Part shown: positions 49,235 to 63,687 of the stretch, one piece after another | Layout: each line of letters starts with the position of its first letter | Position numbering within the stretch: the first letter of the stretch is position 1 | NCBI RefSeq assembly: GCF_009914755.1 | Contig: NC_060926.1 | DNA from: the human T2T-CHM13v2.0 reference genome, Homo sapiens | Length of the DNA: 64,000 nucleotides | Direction: 5' to 3' (one strand) | The notes under the pieces: generated by a model | The model's input: only the letters and a program-made list of their open reading frames with translations | Told to the model about the DNA's origin: nothing | Databases searched by the model: none | Position numbers and translations under genes: made by a program

Positions 49235-52200
49235 AGAATGGATCACAAACCTAAACGTGAGACCTAAACCTAAAGGTAGGAGCTTCTCTTAGAAGAAAAC
49301 ACAGGGATTTGGCGAAGAATTCTTAGATATGACCCAAAAGCATGAGCACCAAAAGAAAAATAGATAAATTAGACTTTACTGAAATTAAAAACGTTTTGCT
49401 TCAAATGAAAGGTGGAAAGACAACTCACAAGAGAAAATATTTACAAATCATATATCTGATTAAGGACTTGTATTTAGAATATATAAAGATTACTTAAAGC
49501 TGAATTTTAAAAAGACAAATACCCCAATTAAACAATTGGCATTAATTTGAATAGACATTTCTCCAAGGAAGACATCTAAATAGCCAATAAGCACATGAAA
49601 AGATGCTGGACAACCTTAGTCATCATGAAAATGCAAATCAAAACCACAATGAAATACCATTTCATACTTCCCAGGAGGGCTAGAATCAAAAAGTCAGATA
49701 ATGACAATTGTTGATGAGGATGTGGCAAAATTAGAACCCTCATACACTGCTGGTGAAAATGTGAAGTGCGGCTACTTTGGTAAACAGTATGTTTTCCAGT
49801 ACTCAAAGGATTAAAAAGAGTCACCTTATGACCCAGCATTTTCACTCTTACGGATATACCCATGAAAAATGGAAACACATCCACATAAAAACTTGTGTAT
49901 GAAAGTTCACAGCAGCATTATTCACAATAGCCAAAAATATGGAAGCAACCCAAATATTCATCAACCTAGGAATGGATTAAAAAAAGTCATATCCACTGGA
50001 AAATTATTCAGCTTTAAAAAGGAATGAAGTACTGGCACATGTTAAAACCTGAGTGAACTTTGAAAAATTATGCTAAGTGAAAGAAGCCAGACAAAAATAC
50101 CCACATTATATGATTTGATTAGATGAAATGCCCAGAAAAAGCAAATCTATAGAAATAGGAAACAGATTAGTAGTTTCTTAGGGCTATGGCAGGGGAGGAG
50201 GAATGGGGACAATGGGAGATCAGAGCTAAAGGGTACAGTGTTTCTATCTGAGATAAGAAAAATGTTCTAAAGCTGACTATGGTGATGGCTGCATATACCT
50301 GTGGCTATACTAGAAACTATTGAACTGTACACTTTAAATAAGTAAATTGTATGGTATGTGAAATATATTTCAATAAAACACTTAAAGAAAAAAATTACAT
50401 ATCAGATGAATAAATAAATCTGAATCTTGTAGAATGATGAAGTAAAATGACATTAGAGACAGATGGAACACTATATGCAAAGGCTTTTCAGGTATGATAG
50501 GATATGGCATGTTCAGGGAAAGAAGAGAGGTGTGCGTAGATCATGAAAGCGGAATGTAATAATGGTAGGAAACAAGGTTGAGCTCCCATTCAGGAAAGGC
50601 CCTAGCATTGCAACCAAAAAAACCTCACCTTTGGGTAGAATGGGGGAAAAACCTCTATTTGAACCCTAAGTATTAGAATGATAATAATATAAGAATACTT
50701 TCACAGTGCCCAGATATGCCAAACAAAGTGGAGTTACTGAAAGCAGCCCAGTAAATTAGATAGGGAGAAAAGAAACAGGTATTATGGCTTCTGGGGAAAA
50801 TTCTGTGCCTGTCCTAACTCTCACGCCCAGGCCACAGTGATACAGGGCTTAAACTAGTTTCCAGTATTAGAAACCAGCTAAGCCATGGTGAGCAGAGGGG
50901 CCCTTTGGATCCTGACAGTGGTTATGTTTGCAGGCAAGGGCTTAAAGAATGATCAATTAAGTACCTTCCATAAAGGAGTATGGCCTACTCTAGCTAGCCT
51001 CGCTCACATTAGAGCATTGTTTGCTTGGAATATGAGGTCTGAGTCATACCGAAAAGGCAATGGCATGAACCTGATGCTCCACAACTACTTACAAGAAAGT
51101 ATATACTGGTCATTTTCCAATGCTTTGTAAATTAGGGGACAAAGGTTCCTTCTACAGATGGAGTCACCCTCCAAACTTTTATTTCACTTCTGCCTGTAAG
51201 AATAAATCATTAGTAAATCCAGAACCTGGACTATATTTGCATATTTAAATTGATCACTGTCATGCAGCAAATTCCACTGCAAATTTAGGATGAAAATTAT
51301 TATTTTTCATCAGTTTTGTTTATGAGTATTAAAATAAATATGTAATGATGCCTTTTGGTAAATGAATGAAAAGTTTTCTGGTTATTTAAATTTACTGTAC
51401 TGTCAAATCAAGAGCAATTTAAGTTGAATGAATGAATCTGCTCAAAACCCTTCAACTCTATTATAAGATTAACTTGACATAGTGGCACAATATAAAAGAA
51501 ATGCCTTTGTTCTATTGCATCCCTTTTTTTTTGTTAACTAAAAGTAAATTTACAAATTTACTCAAGAGTTGTAATGTGTTTTAAAGTAACAAACAATTGC
51601 TGCCATGTCACTAAGCTCTAAAACAGAGACTCTAAACTATAAAATGTTTTGGGAGTTTATGAATGTCATTGAAAACATATGCTGGGGTAGTAGGTTAAAA
51701 AGAAATTAAGGACTCATGCCAACATTTTACTTTTCAAGCTTTGGAGTCACACTTCTTGTATGTCCAAAATTTTGCAGGGACAAATCTCAAGATTTTACCT
51801 GATTTTATTATTTTTTTAAAAAAAGACAGCTATATGCTCTTTCAGTGAAATAACAATACAATGAAAGTACTAAGAAAATAAACTTTATCATTGTTCTTTA
51901 AGAACTGGCATATAAATGTGCCTCTGAGCCAAATAAACATTTTATTATAAACATTTGGTCAGTTTATGCACCATTCTATTGAAACAGGATAAATAGGGAC
52001 AATCACCATCTCTGTTGACAATACATTGATCTCACATTAATTTGATTGAAGGTGGCTTGCCAACACATCTCACTTTCTCCATTTGAGAGCACTCAGATAA
52101 GAAAAACACAGTGATGTTTAGCAGATAGGCTTGGTGACACAATAGAATGCAACTCATTGAAGAAGTGTAATTATAGTGATTACTTCAGAAAAGAGCAGAT

Positions 52201-53064
52201 ACACTGATGGGAAGAAGTAAACACTGCCACAGTTACGGGAGCCCAGTTCCCTTTTGGTATAGATACAGGCTTCCCTGACAACACCAACCTAGCAATAAGA
52301 CTACAGAAAGCTCTCCAAGTTAACAACATAAAAGCACTAAAGGTTAGAAAATGGCATAAGCCAATTTCCCAAAGTGCTGGAACAAAGGCTCTCTCTGTTT
52401 TGGGTGAATTCAATATACCAAAGAGATTAGTTAGAGAAGGCCTCCTTCCAAAATTAAAACAAGGTACATACAAACGTCAGAAAAGTATGCCCCAGTGGAA
52501 TGTAATTGGCAAATGCTTTTTAAAGCTGTTATTTTGATGGTTCTGAAAAATAAGTCATGTGAGCTGTCCCCTTCTTTCAGGTAACAGTCCCTTGAGATTC
52601 ATTGTAGCTGCAGGGAGGGTTCCTCTCTGCATTAATTAAGCATATATAATCTAATGGCATCAAAGCACCAAAGAACTTTATCATAAAATGACAAAAGCAG
52701 GGGAAAATATCACTTCTCATCAGTCCACTAGATTAGAGATATGGACAGAAAGAAAAACAGAGCTTGAAAAGGCCTTCAGAGCTCACCCTTGACTGTCATT
52801 CTGCAGACACAGAGACTCCAGCAGGTCTACCACCTGGCCTCAGATCACACAGCTAGTTAGTGAACAAGCCAGACTAGAACTTTAGGCTTCTGACTCCCAG
52901 TTCTGTGTTTTTCTTCCATAACCTGATTATTTTTCAGTAACAAACTTTATAAAACAAGAGGGAAAACTATTCATACAAATGTACAATGTGAAAGTTATAA
53001 AATACATCAAAAACATTTGAATCATCTTTTTTGATCGCTGTCAGCTCTCTGCGAGGTTGAAATA

Positions 53065-53340
53065 TTTTTATGTTAGATGTATATGTATGTATGTGTAACT
53101 ATATATGTAGATATGTAAAGAGAGACAAAGTGAGAAGCAAAGCGAAAGAGATATGTAGAGAGACGGAGAGATAAGAAAGACTGTGAGAGCCTCAGAGACA
53201 GAGGATAGGAGACAAGGTGTAATAGATAGATTAATAAGTGCAAAAGGCAAAGAACAAGTGGCTGAGAGAGACAAAGACAGACATACAGACATAGACACCC
53301 AGGCACATGCAAGCAGGCAGAAAGAAAGACACAGACAGTG
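53065..53340. repeat. Low-complexity TA-rich then GA/AGAC-rich tract
   Basis: Direct reading; source of the spurious ORFs at 53068-53312. Confidence 0.75.
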
Positions 53341-53759
53341 AAACCTTAAATGATTTGCAAGGTCAAAGAGCTACTACTTGTCAGAGTTGCCCCCCAAAAA
53401 GCCAGTACTGAAATCCAACCCCAGCCCCACTGCCTGCACCCCCACCCTTCCACAAACCACAAGGAAGGCCCCAAACCATCACAAGCAGAGGAGAATTAAA
53501 ATACAGTACAATTCTTTAATTTTATTTTGGGTTGCTATTCTTCTGTTTTGGGCCCCCATCCCAACTCCCAGCCTCACCTCAGAACAGTATGATTAGAATG
53601 GAATGAATGAAATCTTCTTAACAGAATCAAAGCAATGACTATTGTCTAAATAGTTGAAAGAGTCTCTTTTTAAACGATTAGCCAAGTCCTGCCCTGGGAA
53701 ATAAAATACAAAGAGAACATATCTTTTTCCTGTCATTAGGGATTTAATGACTTTTAAAA

Positions 53760-53901
53760 CATGGGGTTCTTAACCTGAGATTCATGGAAGCATTTGCCTG
53801 TGTCTGTAAACCCCTTGTTATTGTATGTAAAATTTAGAGCATGAGTGCGTTTTTCTAGAAAGATTCTCAGAGGTCTCTGAATCAGGAATATCAGGCCACT
53901 G
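53760..53901 (+). mobile_element. Probable hAT-Charlie MITE (MER117-like)
   Basis: ggggttcttaacctgagattcatgga...aaccccttgttattgtatgtaaaattt...agattctcagaggtctctga...ccactg. Confidence 0.5.
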
Positions 53902-54494
53902 CTTTATAATGTAAATCTGTGAAAGGACTAATGGCAATACATACATTTTTTGGTACATCAAAAATTAACTACCTGAATAATTTGGACAAAATTAATAGCT
54001 CAATTTAGAAAACCAATGAAAATCAATCATCAGTGCTCCCATACCGTAAACACTTTTGTTTTGAACGCAAAATATTTTCCCATTCTTTTTACTCCAGTAA
54101 CTTTTAGCTTGCAATTCTATTTATGAAGAGGATGTAAGAAGACGAATTTCATTTTAAAATTTATAAAATAGTCCAGTTTATAACTAGCTTAATTAACGTC
54201 TGGGATGATTTGGTCATAACACCAAATTGGTACACTTTATTTTTTTTAAACAAATCCTATATAAAAACATACTGTATTTAATTCAAGTCTATTCTTAATG
54301 AGGTACTCTATTCACCAACACTGGAATATACTATATTTTGAAGCTAGACCAGAGGAAATCATCTCATATGTTAATATGTATTGAGTTTCTTGCATGCAAA
54401 TTAAAGTAGAATTATAAAAAGAATTCTCCTGTACTGTCAAAATACAACACAAGCAGGCCCATGGGACCATGTCAAAGAATTAGAAAACCATTAC

Positions 54495-55030
54495 TGTGGT
54501 AGCTAGTTTCCAAATGGCCTCCAATGAGCCATACTCCTCAGATATTTTTTAGTCCCTCCCACAGTGTGTCTGAGTCAGACCCTGTTATTCCCTTTCCCCA
54601 GCAGAATTCAGCAGAAGACACACTAAGCCAGTTCCAAACTTTCAGTCCTAACAGCTTCGCCTTTTCTGCTTTTGGGGGTCTGACTTTTAATGTGAAGAAG
54701 TCTGCCCACCCTGCTGCAGAGGCCACATGGAGAGGTCACATAGAGAGAAAAGGCCCTGAGACTAAGGCAAGAGAGGCCCAGATGTTCCGTGTCCCAGCTG
54801 AGCTCAGCCTTCCAGCTGTCCATCTAGGCACCCAGCATTTGAGGGACCACACTGGACATTCCAACACATAAATCCTGTCATGGCTGCAGCCCCAGCCAAC
54901 GTCATCTTGAGGAATTGCTCATGTGCACCTAGTCAAGGCAAATAATCATGAGAAATTATGAAATGTTATTGTTTTAAGCTACCAAGTTTTGGGGTATTTT
55001 GTTTGTTAAGCAGCAATAGATAACCAGAAT
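54495..55030 (+). mobile_element. MaLR solo LTR (MLT1F/G/H-like)
   Basis: Start tgtggtagctagtttccaaatggcctccaatga. End tgttttaagctaccaagttttggggtattttgtt...gcagcaatagataaccagaa. Confidence 0.8.
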
Positions 55031-55674
55031 TGAAGCCAAGGGTAAAATGGCACGAATAGTGAGTTTACAAGAGGAAATTTAGATGATAAAATGTTAGTAA
55101 CTGAAGCTTATCCCTGCGGAGCATGGAAGAAAAACATTTATTAAGTGCTAACTAATTTGCCCATCACTTATCTCATTAAACCTCAACATTACACTGACAG
55201 AGAGTCTGAGTACCATTATTGCCCAGCGTCACACAGCCAGAAAGTGGAAGAGCCAGACTTGGAAGAAAGATTTGATTTCACAGCCTAGATGCGCTCATCC
55301 CATTACATTGGAGACTATGCAGAGGGCAGAAGGGAAGGAGAGAGACTGACACATAGAGAAAGGCTTGAAATTTAATTATTTGTGATGAAAACCTTTCTTA
55401 AGCATACCTACACTTAAAAAAAAATAGAATAGATGCAGTATTTCCTAACCTGTTTTAATGACTAATCATCATTATTATTGAATCGATATTGTAATGTGCT
55501 ATAATATAGTGATACACTCAGGGACCTATAGAGCTTACTAGAGTCTATATTCAATGATCCCAAATGCTACATATATTAATTATAGCATATATATAATATT
55601 TATCACATAATATATATACTATACACATAAATATATATAGGCATATTTATTTTTAATTCCTTTTTCTGATTTTT

Positions 55675-55924
55675 TAAAATTATACTTTAAGTTCTGCGAC
55701 ACATGTGCAGAATGTGCAGGTTTTGTTACATAGGTATACGCGTGCCAGGTGGTTTGTTGCACTAATCAGTTTGTCATCTACATTAGGTATTTCTCCTAAT
55801 GCTATCCCTCCCCAGCCCCCAACCCCCAACAGGCCCCAGTGTGAGATGTTCCCCTCCCTGTGTCCATGTGTTCTCATTGTTCAACTCCCACTTATGAGTG
55901 AGAACATCGATGTTTGGTTTTCTG
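55675..55924 (-). mobile_element. 250-bp 5'-truncated primate L1PA 3' end
   Basis: attatactttaagttct...catgtgcagaatgtgcagg...ctcattgttcaactcccacttatgagtgagaacat. Perfect 16-bp TSD CCTTTTTCTGATTTTT at 55659-55674 / 55925-55940. Confidence 0.93.
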
Positions 55925-56454
55925 CCTTTTTCTGATTTTTATGTATTTTTTGTTTCTCCCTTGCTGTTAGGCTGTGTCCTATCTCTAAGGAGGCATGGAA
56001 AGCTGAACCACCAAACTTATGTGATCTTTGTGAAAACAGAAGATTGCTTCTGAGTGAGATACTACAGGGCTTTCCTGTGAACAATGTTCATGAGATTTAG
56101 TACATGTGCCTTCTAACATAAAATTTCATGTTTGAGGTAGCTAAACTGCCAGACAAGTACATTCTAAATGAGAAAGTTGCTGTATAGTTACTGAATTCCC
56201 TGCAATATTGTGACTTTGTATAGGAGCTAAAGAAATAGTTTCTGTGTTGAGGACAGCCTGATGATTTTCGAATTGGGCTCAATGAGGACCCAGGGCGCTG
56301 CAGAAACACAACAAAAAATGTTGGATAGATACTGCAGTTAAGTAACGTTCTGCACATACTAAAGACTTAAAATTGTCCTTTCATTGCTTTTATACATTTT
56401 ATAGTCTGGGTTTCTGAGTTTGACTCAGTGTGCAAGTAAAAAGTTCTACTGATA

Positions 56455-56763
<309 letters not shown>

Positions 56764-57616
56764 TCAAATACATTTGAAAATCAGTAATTTAGGAAATGCA
56801 TTGCAGTTGAGGAGGAGTTACAGAGCTGTGAGATTGTCTGGCAAAGCTACCTTAAATATTTTGCAAAATTTTATGTTCTATATGCAATAAGACATGTAAT
56901 GCTTTAAAAAATGAGAGCTAACCTTTATTAAAGCAAATTCATATTGTTGATACTCTGCTGGTGGCCACTGTCTGACTCAAAGAGCTACAATATTGGCAGG
57001 GCCTCTAAACTCAGTTCATTCTGTTTAGGAGATAAAAGACTTTTGAAAGCAAGTCATTACATCGTGGGCAAATGTATTTATGTTGTACAACACCGTACCA
57101 TGTTATTGTTAGCACCAAAGCATTCAGCAGGCTAGGGTTGCCCAAGAAGTTTCTAAATGCCAATTTTAAAGGACATAATTTAAGCAAACCTTATACCTAG
57201 TAATAATTGCTTCTTTCAAAGTGAACTTAGGATATTCATTGATCAAAATGTGTACAGCTATCTTAAGGACATCTGCAATTACTGTTGTCATACCTCCAGT
57301 TAGGAAGTTCAAATGCTTAAAACTTTGTTAATGACTACTTGGATATGTTTGAATGAAGGTCACCTGCCCCTCTATCCGCAGCTCATATACAGCCTTTTGT
57401 ACACATAGCTCGGGGTCCTTTACAAAGAACACTAATCAAGAACAAAATAACGTTGTAGCAAATAATCTTGTCACAAATTCCATTACACTGTAAAAGCTAA
57501 ATAAAAAATAACAGCTTTTCTGCCTGTATTTAAAAATTTAGATCACTTAGTGTCAGGCAATTCACATAAGAGAATTCCATAAGAGAGGAAGATGACAGGA
57601 CCATATCCATTAACCA

Positions 57617-57666
<50 letters not shown>
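57617..57666. repeat. (AC)n microsatellite with one interruption
   Basis: Direct reading. Confidence 0.95.
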
Positions 57667-57668
<2 letters not shown>

Positions 57669-58271
57669 TCACTAAATAAAAATGTTAAGAATCAATCTAG
57701 AAAATTAGTATTCTACTTAGGGATAGGATTTTTCTACATAGTTTTAATATATCCTACCAAAAAAAACTAGATAAACTGACTGCTCTGAAGATACCTATGA
57801 GCAAATACATTCACCCAAATTTAGGCAATAATAGAGTATTTCTCATTTAAACATTTATACAGTCTAAATTTTTGCTTAGGTTAACCAGCATATGTTCTGC
57901 TAAAGAAGTTTATGTAGTTTTTCTTGTTTAAGAAGAAAAGTGTGAATGATTCCCACTCCTATCTGTTGGGCTTCACAAATACACTTTGAACTTCCATAAT
58001 CTTATTATAATCCATAATTTATCTAAAATGTCTGTATTTGCTGAATAATTTTCCCTGGTTTCCGTCCAAAAAAACAAAACAGAAAAACCCAAAAACCCTC
58101 ATTTCTAATCATCATTCCTGATTTTTAGGTAAAACAGTAACAACAACCAGAAGTTGTCACTTAGTGCATGCAGGAAATGACCAATTACTATAGCGTGAGG
58201 AATACTGTTTACTCCCATTCTTTCACTCATTCAACATCCTTAAAATTTGCCTAACACATGCAGGACAGTGT

Positions 58272-58510
58272 AAAAATGATTAAGAGAGAAGATTTGGAGC
58301 CAGACTTCCAGAGTTTGAATTTTAGCCCTACTACTTACTAATCATATGACCTCTGGTATTATAATTCACCTCTCTGGACCTCAGTTTTTTCCATCTGTAA
58401 AGCAGTACCTACCTCATAGGATTATTGTGAAGATTAAATGAGCTCATCCATGTAATGTGCTTCAAATAATGACTGGCATATAATAGGGACTCAATAAATA
58501 TCACCTCTTT
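58272..58510 (+). mobile_element. MIR SINE, apparently nested in a minus-strand L2 3' end (about 58220-58600)
   Basis: tggagccagacttcc...cctctctggacctcagttttttccatctgtaaa...gtacctacctcataggattattgtgaagattaaatgag...ctcaataaata. Flanks ttcactcattcaaca and ctgtgttaggtattaggaatgcaatagtaaataaga. Confidence 0.82.
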
Positions 58511-59967
58511 CTATCATAGTTTAGGCCCTGTGTTAGGTATTAGGAATGCAATAGTAAATAAGAATAGGCACATGCTCCACCCATGCTACACATTCACTCT
58601 AGTTCTTGAGTTTATGCACTATATACATTTTATAATATATTAAAATATAAGCTTGCCACTTATATGAAAAGACAACGAAAAGACCTTAAAAATGGGGAAA
58701 TTTTTGAAATTAAAAAAAGTATTTTGGATAACAAATTGAAGGCAATATTTTGCTCTGTTTAAAGTTTAATACATTGTTGTTTCTGTTAAGGGGAAAGTTA
58801 TGTGACAATAACATTATCAATTTTCTCCAGAAGCCAATTATGGTTTCAGCTTCTTTTGTGATTTATTGATTACTTTAAGGCATTAGTATTAATATTTTAA
58901 AGTACTAATGCTAATGTTTTATATCAGAAAGTCATCTATTTTAAGCATACAATTTTAAAATATTTATGTGATCTTAATCTATTCAGGGTAACCCCATCCC
59001 CTCACCAATGAATCTCTATCTATACGATGGAAGTCAGTGCAAACAACAACAACAACAAAATATTTTGTGCAACAGGAATTTATTTTACAGGACTTTTTTT
59101 AAAAAACTTTTAATTTTAGGTACAGTTTTAGAGACACTTAAAAATTTTTTTATTTCAAAAATAACAGAAAAGCAATAGGATTTTTTAAAAGATCTATGCC
59201 CAGTGTCATCTAAGTAATCCCTGGTTCTGGACTTAAGTTTGCATGAATGTTTTGCTAAACTGGAGCAAAGCGCTAATATGAATATAAGGATAATTTGAAA
59301 ACTAGAGTAGCCAGGCCTCATTTTGAAGAAGTGAGAATCTGGCTTGACCTATGAATGAATAATCTCGAGGATTTGGAGGAAGATGGAAAATAAGAGCTTC
59401 CCCATATAATTTTATTAACTATTATTTTTATTTCCCCCTTTCTATCACTGATTTCATTCCATTTCTAGAACTATCATGGAGCTTGCATTTCGGAATCTTG
59501 GACAGATTGCTATGCAATATTTAATATACTATATAATTTTATTTGTATTTGAAAGAAGACATTTTGGAATGATCAAAAGTGCTTGTTAAATTGTAATTGT
59601 TTATAGGCAAAGAACCTCATGTTATTTGGCTTTAATTTTGATACAGTACTTGGCACCAACTAAGTGCTTAAGAAAAGATACATTATTGATGAAGATGTTG
59701 ACATACTAATCAGGTTTTCACTCATTTTCAAGACCATCAATGCTGGACCCTAGATCTATTTGTGTAGGGTAGTTGGAACTCTGATCCCACTTTCATTCCT
59801 GGTATTATTAACTGGAGTGTTACTCAGTGTTCTATTTAACTTGTAAGCACCAATAAGATCAGGATGAAATGGATTGGGATGTTTCTGTAAAGACGAAGGG
59901 GAGAGGCAAGGAAATAAACATCCATTCAGTGCTAGACTCTAGGCCGAGTTATTTTTCATAGGCCAGA

Positions 59968-60141
59968 TTTAAAAATAACTAAAAGAATAGAACTGGATTG
60001 TTTATAACACAAAGAAAGGATAATACTAGAGGTGAAGGATACCTCATTTACATGTGTATGCTCGTATCAAAATATCTCATGTATACCATAAATATATACA
60101 TACCTATTATGTACCCACAGAAATTAAAAAATTTAAAAAAA
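59968..60141 (+). mobile_element. L1 (L1MA-like) 3'-end fragment
   Basis: ggattgtttataacacaaagaaaggataa...gtatcaaaatatctcatgtataccataaatatatacatacctattatgtacccacagaaattaaaaaa. Confidence 0.8.
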
Positions 60142-61050
60142 GAAGTTGTAAATGTGAAAAAAGAGCAAAATGGTGATTTTATTCCCAAAGGAGGAGCGTA
60201 CCAGTAGGAGACTGACAAACCATAGAGGGCACTTCAGCCCGGGATGGGAAGTTGAAGCAAGGTCCTTTAATGTAAACCACCTTTTATTGTAAGACTTTAA
60301 GCTAAAACATTCCCCGTGTTAAAAATGTGTGTTGGTGTGTGTGCATGCATACATGTGTACATACTCAAGAGACGTTTTATTTTATTTTAAGAAATGGTTT
60401 TCAAGCTAGTAAATAAATACAGTATTTCGGGCCATGACCTTCTTTGAAGTTGAAGTAGCCAACACTTGACAAACCGTTTGACTTTTGGAAGCAGTTCATA
60501 TGCCAAATAGTTCCTCAACATTCATTTTACAAACCTCATATACATTAAGCACCTATCTTTGCCAGCTGTCAGAGTTATAGAGAACAATTTCATAACTTCA
60601 AGGACCTCAGAGTCCAATGGGACAAGATCACAAATAATTCTCAAATGATGTGCTATGACTCTAAAGGTTTAACAGAAAAAGATGATTAACAACTATACAG
60701 CCCATGACAGGTTTTCAATTGACACTGGAAACAACAATCTACACAGTTCAGAAACATCATATATACCACAGCCCTTCTATGTTCCTAGCCCCACCATCAA
60801 ATTCTACCAGCAGCTTTTGTCACTAATCATATCCTCTTCACTAAAAAGGTAATCACATTTTTATAATTCATGAGTGATTAATCTGTTTTCATACATCATA
60901 TTGGAAAATCATGTTATATTCCAGACTCCTGAGGCTGATGCTATCTCTCTCCCACATATATCTTAGTTTCTAAGAGAAAAATATGTGGTTTAAGCTCTGA
61001 TGATTATAAAGTCTAATATAATGGAACATCCACTACACTACATACATAAA

Positions 61051-61064
61051 CACACACACACGCA

Positions 61065-61105
<41 letters not shown>
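61051..61105. repeat. Compound (CA)n(GA)n microsatellite
   Basis: Direct reading. Confidence 0.95.
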
Positions 61106-62774
61106 CTCTACATTTGCAAAGATAAGTCCTACTCTAAACACTCCATGCAGAAAAGACATTTCAGTTCCTGCCAATATTCTGGAGGTACTTACAGCATAAG
61201 TGGACTGAGCTAGGGAGTCTTTCATTGCTTCTTCAACACCTTTTGTAACAACTATTTTAGCAATGTCAAGTTACAGCAAGGTTAAGAACACTACTTTGAA
61301 TTAAACGACTGAGATTAGGAATAAGTAGGTTTCCTTTTACAAATAATCAAATACATAACTAGTGTTAACAACCAAATATAATATATCCCCAAGACTCTTA
61401 AGGTTTAAAATAAATGAATCTTTAAGATCATTACTTAGCTAATTAACACTAACCCCTAGTTGCTGACTCTTACTCTTAGAGACATCTAGAGATAATTTTG
61501 GAGCTGCAGACATTTTTCCTGGATGCTAATGAATGATAATCTTATCCTGTTTATTGGGTATCAAGAGTTCTAAATAGCCAGGAGCTTTAAGGGAGGCATT
61601 GTGACATGTCACTCTAAATTGAGTGAGATTAGAAATGAAACTTTTATGGTCATAACGAAACAGTGAGAAAAATAGGAAGGTATCCTATAAGAGCATAAAA
61701 CTTGAACAGCTGAAGTTGTGCTCAGAACGTCTAGGTTCTGGAACTAATTCGGCTCCTTTGTTGAGCTGACCAAGGCAGGCCACACTCCTGGAGGGGCTCA
61801 TCAAACCAAACTTCTGTTGTATGCCATGCCTGAGAAGATTAGATTGCCTCCACCTCCCCAATCAGAAAAACTGGGACACTAGATGTGGCATAAAAGCTTG
61901 GGTTAGAAATCTATTGAGGAGTCAGAAGCTAAGCTACTAAATGATTTAAATTGCTTCTAACGGGCATTATTTTCCACTGTTTCATCAATAAGGAAGCAGG
62001 CACAGGGGCCTCTGTACTATTTCAGAGGGTGGGAATGCTTTCTGGAGTTAGATTGTCAAGAGCTGCTTTTTAAAATAGCAATACTCTTATCAGAGTAAAA
62101 CTTGCCTGCTGAGTCAAAAGGAAACTTGGCTTCATCTACCTTTAGAGCCCAGGAAAAATTTAAAATGTAAAGATGCCTGGCATGTTTCCAGCTGTTGGCT
62201 ACTACAGATACTTTTAAATATCCACTCTTTATTGTTCTGAATGTATATGGAAAACAGATACATATTGTAAATGGAAAACAGAAAGAAGGCCATCTTTATA
62301 AGGCCAACAGACTGAAAGCAAACAATAAGAAACCTGTATTTTTCTTTTGTCCTCTGAAGAATGTGACGTTACTGTAGACTCTCCTCCAAGAGAAAAAAAA
62401 AAAAAAACAGAAATGGTTGCCAAGGTCTATCTCATTCCTTATGTTAATGAAGGGAAGGACCAAAAAGAAATAATATTTCCAATAAAGACACTGAATCTAG
62501 TACTAATTTGATGTCAAGTCCCCACAGATTTTTGTTCAGTTCAATTTGAAGCCATCACAGAACTTTGTTTTAGGAAGCCTCCTCGCTCTCAGCAAATTCA
62601 ATTAGTAGGGATGATACAATAGGTTCTCTAATGGTACATGACTAGCCTGAAAACCTACGCATTGATGAATTCCAATGAAAAAATCTGGCATACATACCAT
62701 GCATAGAATGTGTCAGAAGAGGCATATCCTCACATAATGTTGGGGGTGTGTCAAACATCAGAATGTCAGAGGGA

Positions 62775-62777
<3 letters not shown>

Positions 62778-62809
<32 letters not shown>
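62778..62809. repeat. (TG)16 microsatellite
   Basis: Direct reading. Confidence 0.95.
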
Positions 62810-62810
<1 letters not shown>

Positions 62811-63639
62811 ATGCACATGAGTATGTTTGGGTAGAGTTTTCCCCAAGTTGTCTGAGTGAAGCTGAAAATTCAAGAGGAATTCTACAGAAGACTCATGTAA
62901 TTAAAAGAAGCCTAAATGTAACCAGCAACGAGTTCTTCCACTTGGCCAGAGTGTGGTGGTAGGAGGGAGGCAGGATTCCTCATTACACATTTTAGTAGGT
63001 CATGCTAAATAGTGTAGAATATAAAAGGAATTATTCATACTTCAATAAAAAGATTTTGCAAATCTGTAATAGATGGTATAGTGCACAATGTATTCAATTT
63101 GAGATTCTGAAAATTTTAGATATATATGGTAATTTTGTGATTTGGAAGCTTAAGAATGAAGTGCAAATTGTAGTTAGAGCTCACTTTCCCAGGTTTAATA
63201 TAAACTTACAAGCTGGGAGCAACGTAACAACACTATTTGCCTATTCCAGGGTTTTCCAGAGAGGCAGGGAACTAGGTAGAAACTACTAAAGGAAAAGAGG
63301 GAAGAAAAACTAGAAAACCATCAGCATTAGGACTATTTCATTCTTTTAATAGAAATAATGCCACAACTCTGTTTTTTGGGAGGAATAAGTTGTTGTCTGC
63401 GGAATAGATATTACTGGGGTAGTCTTAGGGAGAACATTGCTAGTGGTAGGCAAGTTATTCTTCAAAAAGTAGGGAAACTCTTTACACATCTCACAGGCCT
63501 GTCTGTGGGATGTCCAACTCTGTACAGAGGAATTGAGTGCTGGGACCCAGGCTGTGACAACCCAACACATCTGGCCTCCGGGGCACATGGGCAAATCTGG
63601 CTGATAACATCCAGTTATCAGCGAATCTTCTTAAGAAAC

Positions 63640-63641
<2 letters not shown>

Positions 63642-63683
<42 letters not shown>
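63642..63683. repeat. (CT)21 microsatellite abutting the MST LTR
   Basis: Direct reading. Confidence 0.95.

Positions 63684-63684
<1 letters not shown>

Positions 63685-63687
<3 letters not shown>

Noticed and set aside
49576-49884. 102-aa ORF, also the ORFs at 55680-55935
   Set aside because: Frames within decayed L1 fragments; L1 ORF2 here is broken by stops and indels.
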